A DNA stretch of 64,000 nt from Macrostomum lignano. Lineage: Eukaryota. This document shows positions 1-10,051 of this stretch, piece by piece (position 1 is the first letter of the stretch; every line of letters begins with the position of its first letter). The stretch is taken from contig NIVC01000386.1 of NCBI GenBank assembly GCA_002269645.1, positions 124,001-188,000 on the forward strand, in the 5' to 3' direction. The position numbers and the translations under genes are program-made. The notes under the pieces are model-generated. The model was given only the letters and a program-made list of their open reading frames with translations, was not told the origin of the DNA and ran no database searches.

Positions 1-345
1 ACTATTACACCGTGAGATTTGACTATTACACCGTGAGATTTGACTATTACACCGTGAGATTTGACTTTGTGACAGTGACAGTTGACTGTGACAGTGAGAT
101 TTGACAATTAAACTGCGAGATTTGACTCTGTCACCATGAGATCTGACTATTACACCGTGAGATTTGACTTTGTGACCGTGACAGTTGACTGTGACTGAGA
201 TTTGACAATTAAAACTGCGTAATTTGACAATTAGACTGTGAGATTTGAATACTAGACTGAGAGATTCGAATATTAGACTGAGAGATTTGACTATTAGACT
301 GTGAGATTCGAATGCTAGACTGTGAGATTTGACAGTAATGCTGAG
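1..345. repeat. Degenerate ~21-bp tandem repeat (ACTATTACACCGTGAGATTTG)
   Basis: Three perfect copies at 1-63, then progressively diverged copies built on GACT..GTGAGATTT. Confidence 0.8.
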
Positions 346-770
346 ATTTTACAATGAGAATTTTAGATTAGTGCATACGCGCTTGTAGCAGACCGAACTG
401 TGGGAATGGAGCAGTGGACTTTAAGCTCGCACCGTGGGACAGTGAGGCTGCTCTATGAACCTATCCAAACCGAAGTGTGCAGTGACCCGGGCCAAAGCAA
501 ACACGAAGTCCAGCAGACACTGAAAGCTGCGAGTTTGCTGCAGAGGTGACACCTAGCAAAGAAGAACCGATGCAGTGTCGCCAAACCCCAGAAATGCAAA
601 CAGAGAAGACGCTAGATAAGGTGGGCCGGTGGCAGCGGCGCCTCCAGGCTCTGGCACTCACTACTTGTGAGTCATGTGACAGACTGAAGCAGGTTGGAGT
701 GGAGAGCGCATTGGAATTCTGCGCACAACGGCGGAGTCCCGTGCAGACCCTGGCCCAGGCGGCAAACAGG

Positions 771-1330
771 CCAGGGCGCTTCCAGACACACAGAGAGAGT
801 CAGAGGAAGAGTTGGCAAGCAGCTTCCCGGTTTTGCCAGGGCGCTTCCAGACACACAGAGAAAGTCAGGGGAAGAGTTGGCAAGCAGCTTCCCGGTTTTG
901 CCAGGGCGCTTCCAGACACACAGAGAGAGTCAGAGGAAGAGTTGGCAAGCAGCTTCCCGGTTTTGCCAGGGCGCTTCCAGACACACAGAGAGTCAGAGGA
1001 AGAGTTGGCAAGCAGCTTCCCGGTTTTGCCAGGGCGCTTCCAGACACACAGAGAGTCAGAGGAAGAGTTGGCAAGCAGCTTCCCGGTTTTGCCAGGGCGC
1101 TTCCAGACACACAGAGAGAGTCAGAGGAAGAGTTGGCAAGCAGCTTCCCGGTTTTGCCAGGGCGCTTCCAGACACACAGAGAGTCAGAGGAAGAGTTGGC
1201 AAGCAGCTTCCCGGTTTTGCCAGGGCGCTTCCAGACACACAGAGAGTCAGAGGAAGAGTTGGCAAGCAGCTTCCCGGTTTTGCCAGGGCGCTTCCAGACA
1301 CACAGAGAGTCAGAGGAAGAGTTGGCCAGC
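771..1330. repeat. 63/65-bp minisatellite, ~9 copies
   Basis: Unit CCAGGGCGCTTCCAGACACACAGAGAGTCAGAGGAAGAGTTGGCAAGCAGCTTCCCGGTTTTG with a variable extra GA. It explains the overlapping repetitive ORFs at 546-1477. Confidence 0.95.
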
Positions 1331-1821
1331 AGCTTCCCAGTTGCTTGGCTTTTCAATATTCTCTGGCATTCGAATCAGAGAATGCCCTCCAGCTGCGTGC
1401 CACTGGACGAGCGAGCTGCCAATAATCCCAGCGGGTTGGGTTTCCGCACGCGGGTCCTGACCAAAATCTATTTTTAATATCGATTTTTTCGTAGCCCCTC
1501 CTTCGTCGAGGTTCTTCTCAGAACTGGCAACGGCTGCGCAACTCCTGCAGAGGCGCTGCCGCAGTCTGCTGGCTGCCCCGACCAGCTGTCCCCGCGCCCC
1601 TGCCTGGAAACTGTCTCCCCGCAGTCTCACCCGCTCTCTCCGCTGTGGAAGCCCAGAAAAGGCAGATCAACTTCACGGGAAGGAGAGGATTCGAGCGCTG
1701 TTGCTATCCGCGCGGACACGCCCTGGATCTGAGATCGTGAGTTGCTTCTTCAACTGTTTTCTGCCTTTCCTGCCGTTGCTGCTGCACAGTGAGCTTGAGC
1801 ACAGTGAGCACAGTGAGAATT

Positions 1822-2362
1822 GACTATGAGAATTGTCTATACGACAATGAGAATTGGCTATAGGACTATGAGAATTGGCTATAGGACTATGAGAATTGGC
1901 TATAGGACTATGAGACTTGGCTATAGGACTATGAGAATTGGCTATAGGACTATGAGAATTGGCTATAAGACTATGAGAATTGGCTATAGGACTATGAGAA
2001 TTGGCTATAAGACTATGAGAATTGGCTATAGGACTATGAGAATTGGCTATAAGACTATGAGAATTGGCTATAGGACCATGAGAATTGGCTATAGGACTAT
2101 GAGAATTGGCTATAGGACTATGAGAATTGGCTATAAGACTATGAGAATTGGCTATAGGACTATGAGAATTGGCTATAAGACTATGAGAATTGGCTATAGG
2201 ACCATGAGAATTGGCTATAGGACTATGAGAATTGGCTATAGGACTATGAGAATTGGCTATAGGACTATGAGAATTGGCTATAGGACTATGAGAATTGGCT
2301 ATAGGACTATGAGAATTGGCTATAGGACTATGAGAATTGGCTATAGGACTATGAGAATTGGC
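1822..2362. repeat. 21-bp minisatellite, ~25 copies
   Basis: Unit GACTATGAGAATTGGCTATAG with G/A variants. Confidence 0.97.
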
Positions 2363-2989
2363 CATTTCAAGCCAGTAGAAAAGCACTGGCGGAAAGAATC
2401 GCAACTGCCAAACTGCACATTTTAACAATCATTTCCAAATTGCAGCCAGTAACTCAGCAGTTTCAAAGCGGGTCTCTCCTCTGCTCAACAGTTTTAAAGC
2501 AGACGTGAGAAATTGCGGAAAATTTGACCGAAAGAAACAAAACAATCGGAAAAGTCAAGCTTTGAAAGAGTAACCGCTGGAGGGCAGGAAATGCTGCAGT
2601 TGTTAACTTTGACTGGCTTGACTTTCATGAAAGCAGAGTCTCTCGAGTGGGCGGAGATGCTGCGGTCCCCCCTCTCTCTCTCTCTCTGACGCCCCTCTAC
2701 CCTTCATTTCTCTCGGCATTTTCAACCGCAGCGCACACTGACAGCCCCCCCCCCCCCCCTGTTTCGAACTTGAAGCAGAGAGCGGCCGGGACTTCTCTTA
2801 TCGCTCGCTGCACAGCCAATTGGCTCAGCCGCCTGCGGCAAAATTTCCATAGCGGGCAGGGGAGGCCGTGGGAGGCGGGCACAGGAAGTCAAGCGGCAGA
2901 ACAGATGTGTATTTATGAAGGAGTCCCTGGCAGCTGCAACTGCTTTCGCCATTCTCTGCAACTGAAATTTCCAGGTGGTGAAAAAAAAT

Positions 2990-5015
2990 ATGGCCGAAGC
3001 CGAAAACGCCAAGGAGATCGAACCCGCGACCGCCGCCGATGGGCCGCAGCAGCAGCAGGCGGGAGGCATCAGGCAGCGGATCCGCAGCCTGCTGAAGAGG
3101 AAGGACCGGCAGAAGCAGCAGAAGGAGCGGCCGGATGACGCGGTGAAGCTGGGCTGCGGCGGCCTGTTCCGCCGGAAGAAGCGGGCGGAGGCGGGCGATC
3201 AGGAGTCGCAGAAGCCGGCGGAGAAGCCGAAAAAAAGCGGCAAAGGCGGCGAAGTGAAGGTAGGCGAACTGGTTGCAGTTTACTCGAACTCATTTCCTGC
3301 TGCATGAAGTTTTACTTTTTATGATCATATCGGAGCTTTGGCCAGCATGCATTTGCTCTGCTTGCTGATTGTACGAAGGGGCATCAGGGATACCAGGGAC
3401 ATCAGGGACATCAGAGACATCAGAGACGTCAGGGACATCAGGGACAGAAACATTAGGGACATCAGGGACATCAGGGACATCAGAAACATCAGGGACATCA
3501 GGGACATTAGAAACATCAGGGACATCAGGGACATCAGGGACATCAGGGACATCAGGGACATCAGGGTCATCAGGGTCAACAATGGCCGTAGAACTCAAAT
3601 TTGCTTCTAGGAAGAGGAGAAGCAGGAGGTGGAGCTGCAGCCGCAGCCGCAGCAGCCAGATGCGGCCTCAGCGTCAGCGGCAGAGCCGGAGACTTCAGCG
3701 CTGGAGCAGCCGGCATCAAAAGCGCCGGCGAGACCCGAGAATCCGCCAAGGCCGCTGGTTGAACTGGCGGCGAAGTCTGCGCCACAGCCGGACGAGGATG
3801 TCAATGAGAAGACGGAAGAGAACGCAGCGGAAGAGAACGCAGCGGAAGAGAACGCAGCGGAAGAGAACGCAGCGGAAGAGAACGCAGCGAAAGAGAACGC
3901 AGCGGAGGAAGACAAGACGACAGTTCAGAACGGCCACGCTTTGGAGAGCGAGCCAGAGTCAGAAAATCAGCGACACGAAGAGGCGGAGCGGCAGTTCCAG
4001 CAGGCCTCGGTGGACATGGCGGACGTGACGCCGAAGCCGGGAGTGACAGTAAGGCCTTGAGGCAAAAGTGGCGATTGCTGCCGCAACGGGTCTTAGCTGA
4101 TCAATAGTTTGCTGACCGCAGTATTTCATAGCTACGAGTGTTTAATGCTTGCTTTTTTACTCGCCTCGGCTGCTGCTGTTTACTCAACTGGTGAAGGCCG
4201 CTTTTGTCGATAAGACCAATTATTGTTGACGGTTTATAGATATCAGCTGCGAAGTCAGGCTGGAGGCAGGCTGGGGGCAGGCTGGGGGCAGGCTGGGGGC
4301 AGGCTGGGGGGCAGGGCGGAGGGCAGGCTGGGGTCAGGCTGGAGCAAAGCTGGAGACAGGCTGGGGGCAGGCTGGGGACAGGCTGGGGTCAGGCTGGGGG
4401 CAGGCTGGGGGCAGGCTGAAGTCAGGTTGAGCGAATGCTGATACATGTATGAAACGCCAAGCAGTTCTACTCATAGTAGTGAAAGGAAGATATGTAGATA
4501 AATCTTGTAAAAGCGTTGCCGTATATACATACAGGGGGATAAAAAGACTGCTGCTTACATTATTTCTGAGAGCGCAAACATTTGGCCATTTCTGCTTTCA
4601 GATTGAGCAGGGCCCGCACACGGAGATATGGTCCAGCATCATTAACAAGAGCTTCATCGGTACCGGAGCCTTCAAGCGAGCCGCGGTCTGCAGCCTGGAG
4701 TCTGGAGCCGTGCTGGCCTGCAACCCCGCTGACTTCACGCCCACCGTGCAGCAGGTGGCCGTCCTGCGCGAGAACTTCGACTGCCGCTCCGGCCTGTCCG
4801 CGGCCGGCTTCGGGCTGGCCGACACGGTGTACAGCCTGCTGGACGAGGCCGGCACCAAGGACATTCTGTGCGGCAGCGACGAATCGCGCGGCCAGACGCT
4901 GCTGGTCTGCAAAACGAAGACGGCGCTGCTGGCGGCCGCGTGCCAGGGCGCCCCGGACCGCGCCGCCGACATGCTGGGCGACATGCGGCAGCACTTCATC
5001 TCGCAGGGGATGTGA
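2990..5015 (+). CDS. N-terminally extended profilin-domain protein, paralog 1 (3 exons, ~373 aa)
   Basis: Exons 2990-3259 (donor AAG|GTAGGC), 3611-4048 (acceptor TTCTAG|, donor ACA|GTAAGG) and 4602-5015 (acceptor TTTCAG|). All junctions are phase 0 and in frame. The last exon has profilin hallmarks: WSSII..SFIGTG.F..AAV.SL..G...A, F...SGL...GF.L..T.Y, LLV.KTKTALL, and the C-terminal helix DMRQHFISQGM. Confidence 0.8.
3385..3580. repeat. 9-bp tandem repeat (GACATCAGG) in intron 1
   Basis: About 20 visible copies between donor 3260 and acceptor 3610. Confidence 0.9.
4255..4425. repeat. 11-bp G-rich tandem repeat (GGCAGGCTGGG) in intron 2
   Basis: Visible degenerate tandem copies. Confidence 0.85.
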
Positions 5016-5928
5016 GGGCTGCCCGACTGCAAGCGCCGAGTCTCAGTAAGACGGAGCAGCACTTCAAATCTATGGAAATATTTTTAGGCATTGGTGAGGA
5101 GGATTTCCAAGTTATTTTAGCACTAGAACTCACTTCCTGAGCATTCGAAAGTGAATTTTAAAAGTACAAATTTCAGTTTATGCTTAATCAAAAGTTTTCA
5201 AACGGTTAAAACTTAAACTGCAACTATTGCAGTACCGGAAATCTTCCAATCCGATTGTAACATTAAAACAAATGTAGTTCTGCTGATTTGAAGTGTTCAT
5301 CTGTCCCTGGACCCCGACTGGTTGACAGACAACATTGTGGCTTCCCATTGACGTGTCGAATGCATGATTATTAAATTTTCATCTGCATTATTAGCCTAGC
5401 AATGAAGCCGCGCTCTGCTGCGAATGCCAGTGGCGGATTTGGTTTTTACTGTTATCGTTTTATTTACGTAATAAATTTTTAACATTTTGTGTTTCTTTTG
5501 GCTCCAATTCAAACTGTCAGCAGATTTTTATGATTAGAGTAATCAGCTGATGATTTTGCTTTCCTAAAAAAACTAGGAATATTCGACTCTAGGATCCTAC
5601 TTTTTGATTATTATATATCAGTACTCGATGGCTTATCAAATAAAAATGTACTTTTCCTGTCTCAAGCTTCCGGTATTTTATTATCATTAAAGCGGCCCAG
5701 CTCTTCAGTCAGCTCTGGTGACTGACTCGTCAGATATTGACTTTTCTGCTGTAAATGCGCGCCCAATGACTGATTGGCAGTTACCCATATCATTAACATA
5801 ATGAGTTGCACCTGCGATTTTCAGCCAGATGCTATAAATAAAATTGATATTTCAGCTGAAAAATGTCAATTTTTCAAAATGCAATTTCAGCTGAAAAATA
5901 CTCAACCCTTTGTTGTAATTTTCGTGAA

Positions 5929-7509
5929 ATTCTCACTATGAGCAGACCAGCTATTCTCACTATGAGCAGACCAGCTATTCTCACTATGAGCAGACCAGCT
6001 ATTCTCACTATGAGCAGACCAGCTATTCTCACTATGAGCAGACCAGCTATTCTCACTATGAGCAGATCAGCTATTCTCACTATGAGCAGACCAGCTATTC
6101 TCACTATGAGCAGATCAGCTATTCTCACTATGAGCAGATCAGCTATTCTCACTATGAGCAGATCAGCTATTCTCACTATGAGCAGACCAGCTATTCTCAC
6201 TATGAGCAGACCAGCTATTCTCACTATGAGCAGACCAGCTATTCTCACTATGAGCAGATCAGCTATTCTCACTATGAGCAGATCAGCTATTCTCACTATG
6301 AGCAGATCAGCTATTCTCACTATGAGCAGACCAGCTATTCTTTACTATGAGCAGACCAGCTATTCTCACTATGAGCAGATCAGCTATTCTCACTATGAGC
6401 AGACCAGCTATTCTCACTATGAGCAGACCAGCTATTCTCACTATGAGCAGATCAGCTATTCTCACTATGAGCAGACCAGCTATTCTCACTATGAGCAGAC
6501 CAGCTATTCTCACTATGAGCAGATCAGCTATTCTCACTGTGAGCAGACCAGCTATTCTCACTATGAGCAGACCAGCTATTCTCACTATGAGCAGATCAGC
6601 TATTCTTTACTATGAGCAGACCAGCTATTCTCACTATGAGCAGATCAGCTATTCTCACTATGAGCAGATCAGCTATTCTCACTATGAGCAGACCAGCTAT
6701 TCTCACTATGAGCAGACCAGCTATTCTCACTATGAGCAGATCAGCTATTCTCACTATGAGCAGACCAGCTATTCTCACTATGAGCAGATCAGCTATTCTC
6801 ACTATGAGCAGACCAGCTATTCTCACTATGAGCAGATCAGCTATTCTCACTATGAGCAGACCAGCTATTCTTTACTATGAGCAGACCAGCTATTCTCACT
6901 ATGAGCAGATCAGCTATTCTCACTATGAGCAGATCAGCTATTCTCACTATGAGCAGACCAGCTATTCTCACTATGAGCAGACCAGCTATTCTCACTATGA
7001 GCAGATCAGCTATTCTCACTATGAGCAGACCAGCTATTCTCACTATGAGCAGACCAGCTATTCTCACTATGAGCAGACCAGCTATTCTTTACTATGAGCA
7101 GACCAGCTATTCTCACTATGAGCAGATCAGCTATTCTCACTATGAGCAGACCAGCTATTCTCACTATGAGCAGACCAGCTATTCTCACTATGAGCAGATC
7201 AGCTATTCTCACTATGAGCAGACCAGCTATTCTCACTATGAGCAGACCAGCTATTCTCACTATGAGCAGACCAGCTATTCTCACTATGAGCAGATCAGCT
7301 ATTCTCACTATGAGCAGATCAGCTATTCTCACTATGAGCAGATCAGCTATTCTCACTATGAGCAGATCAGCTATTCTCACTATGAGCAGATCAGCTATTC
7401 TCACTATGAGCAGACCAGCTATTCTCACTATGAGCAGACCAGCTATTCTCACTATGAGCAGATCAGCTATTCTCACTATGAGCAGACCAGCTATTCTCCC
7501 TATGAGCAG
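5929..7509. repeat. 24-bp minisatellite, ~65 copies
   Basis: Unit ATTCTCACTATGAGCAGA(C/T)CAGCT, with occasional 25-bp units (ATTCTTTACT). Confidence 0.98.
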
Positions 7510-7909
7510 GCTATAACTAATTAATTATTTAAGACGCAAATTGTGTCATGCCACGCCACATGCCCCTACGGGCCCATTGACCCGCAAGAATGATTGCGTC
7601 ACGACTGCGCTGACATATTGGAAGGCATGAGTCACATGAGCAGGTTAGTATCAGCAGGTGACGCAATACCTTTGATAAGAATGCCTTGATAACGCAGCTC
7701 ATGGTGACCACACAGCCCAGACACCACGTGCTCGGCTTTCTATCAAGAGTTTTTGGCACGGTGGATTCACGTGGCGACTCGCTTATTAGCAAGCTCAAGT
7801 TTATAAGGCCCCCTCTGGGCCGCAAGTCTGCAGCAAGACAGCAGTCAGCTGGTTAACCAGACAGAATCAATCAATGCTCAGCGGCTTCAGCTTCAGCTTC
7901 GATTTCACA

Positions 7910-9591
7910 ATGACTGAGCAGGGCCGCTACAGCAACGGCGAGGTCGAACCTGAGACCGTCGGCGACGATCCGCCGCAGCAGCAGAGGAAGCAGGCAGCTG
8001 GAGGCGGCCTGAGGCAACGAATCCGCGACCTGCTGCTGAGGCGGAACCGCGACCGCAGGCGCAGGCAGCAGAAGGAGTGGCGGCCCGCTGACGACTCGGT
8101 GAAGCTGCTGGGCTTCTGCGGGCTGCTGCACCGGACGAAGCGCAGGGAGTCTGGAGCCGGCTGCATCAAGAAGCCGTCAGAGGTAGGTTGGAAGCCATTT
8201 TTCCTGATTCGTCAACTTTTTGGCAACTTGCCAAGGCCAGCAAATTCATTAAAGCGATGCTCGCCCCTTGCTTCTAGGAGCAGCAGTTGGAAGATCGGCA
8301 GCCGAGTGATTCGGCCACCAAGCCGGAGCCGTCATCGGAGCAGCCGGCGGCGTTGACAGCGCCAGCCGAACTGGAGAGTCCACCGCGGCCTCTGCTGGAG
8401 TTGGCGAAAAAAACACGGGAAGAGAAGACGCCGAAAGAGAAGACGCCGAAAGAGAAGACGCCGGAAGAAAAGACGCCGGAAGAAAAGACACCGGACAAGA
8501 AGACGCCAGAAGAGAAGACACCGGACAAGAAGACACCGGAAGAGAAGACACCGGACAAGAAGACGCCGGAAGAAAAGACACCGGACAAGAAGACGCCGGA
8601 AAAGAAGACACCGGACAAGAAGACGCCGGAAGAGAAGACACCGGACAAGAAGACGCCGGAAGAAAAGACACCGGACAAGAAGACGCCGGAAAAGAAGACA
8701 CCGGACAAGAAGAGGCCGGAAGAAAAGACACGGGAAGAGAAGACACCAGACGAAAAGACACCAGACGAAAAGACACCGGACGAGAAGACACCGGACGAGA
8801 AGACACCGGACGAGAAGACAACGAAAGAAGCGACGCCCGAAAAGAAGACACCGGAAGCGAAGAAGACAGCGAAAAAGAAGGCAACGCGAAGAGCGGCTCC
8901 AAAAAGAAGACACCGAAGAAGAAGACAATTGAAAAGAAGACACCAGAAAATTCGATAACAGAAGAGAACACCTCGGAAGACGCTGCAAGCATACCAGCCA
9001 AGCCAGAAGTAAGTGTAATACCCAAATGGAAACAGTTATTTACTTCTCAAGACTCAGGGCCCGCTAAATTCGAAACTCAAAATCATTCTTAATGACGACA
9101 GCATTGAATTTCTCTGAATAAACTCTGGCACGCCAGAACTAAACAAAAACGATGACTTTCACCCGCGTCACCCGCAGATGAACCTGGGCCCACACGCGGA
9201 GATGTGGTCCAGCATCATTAACAAGAGCTTCATCGGTACCGGAGCCTTCAAGCGAGCCGCGGTCTGCAGCCTGGAGTCTGGAGCCGTGCTGGCCTGCAAC
9301 CCCGCTGACTTCACGCCCACCGTGCAGCAGGTGGCCGTCCTGCGCGAGAACTTCGACTGCCGCTCCGGCCTGTCCGCGGCCGGCTTCGGGCTGGCCGACA
9401 CGGTGTACAGCCTGCTGGACGAGGCCGGCACCAAGGACATTCTGTGCGGCAGCGACGAATCGCGCGGCCAGACGCTGCTGGTTTGCAAAACGAAGACGGC
9501 GCTGCTGGCGGCCGCGTGCCAGGGCGCCCCGGACCGCGCCGCCGACATGCTGAGCGACATGCGGCAGCACTTCATCTCGCAGGGGATTTGA
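7910..9591 (+). CDS. N-terminally extended profilin-domain protein, paralog 2 (3 exons; 1-nt frameshift near 8880)
   Basis: Exons 7910-8182 (GAG|GTAGGT), 8278-9008 (TTCTAG|, GAA|GTAAGT) and 9178-9591 (CCGCAG|). Exon 2 is an EKTP(D/E) 15-bp repeat. One added base near 8880 continues the KKTP-type frame to the phase-0 donor at 9009. The profilin exon is near-identical to that of paralog 1. Confidence 0.72.
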
Positions 9592-10051
9592 GGGCTGTGC
9601 GGCAGATGTGGAAAAGAATTGATAAGACCATTCAGCTTATTTTACGGTATTCGTTCGCATAAGTATCATTGCTGTTTTAATTCTCAGCTTTTATAAAGTA
9701 AAAGTAATGCGCTGTCTCATTTTATGAACGCATTAAAAATAATGTTGCTACTCGTAATTTCAAAGGAGCTTTGCAAGGGTGCTGCTCAAATAAACGCATT
9801 CAACGTCAGGTGAGTCTACTTCAAAACTCATGACAAAGTATATTTGAATATCCAGTGCGCACTTGGCCAAACTTTTCAAATTCCAGCTGTGTAGTTCCTT
9901 GACTGTGCTTTAATTAGCCAATGAAACAAACGTCTTATCTATAGAATTTTTACCGAAAGGACATGTCTATGTTAAATGCATCTGTGTGGCGTTCGAATAA
10001 AGCCAGACAGAGTGCATTTTACAAAATCTCATTTGTCCCAATGCTGCTCAG

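Noticed and set aside
1492-1737. Possible exon between TTTTCGTAG| and |GTGAGT
   Set aside because: Splice-like ends and moderate GC, but no recognisable product or partner exon could be established.
546-2428. Long repetitive ORFs over the 63-bp and 21-bp arrays
   Set aside because: They are open in several frames on both strands because the units lack stops; there is no independent coding evidence.
5863-7524. ILTMSRPA / YEQTSYSH ORFs and a possible CRISPR-like look
   Set aside because: Pure tandem repeat with no unique spacers and no cas genes, in a eukaryotic context.
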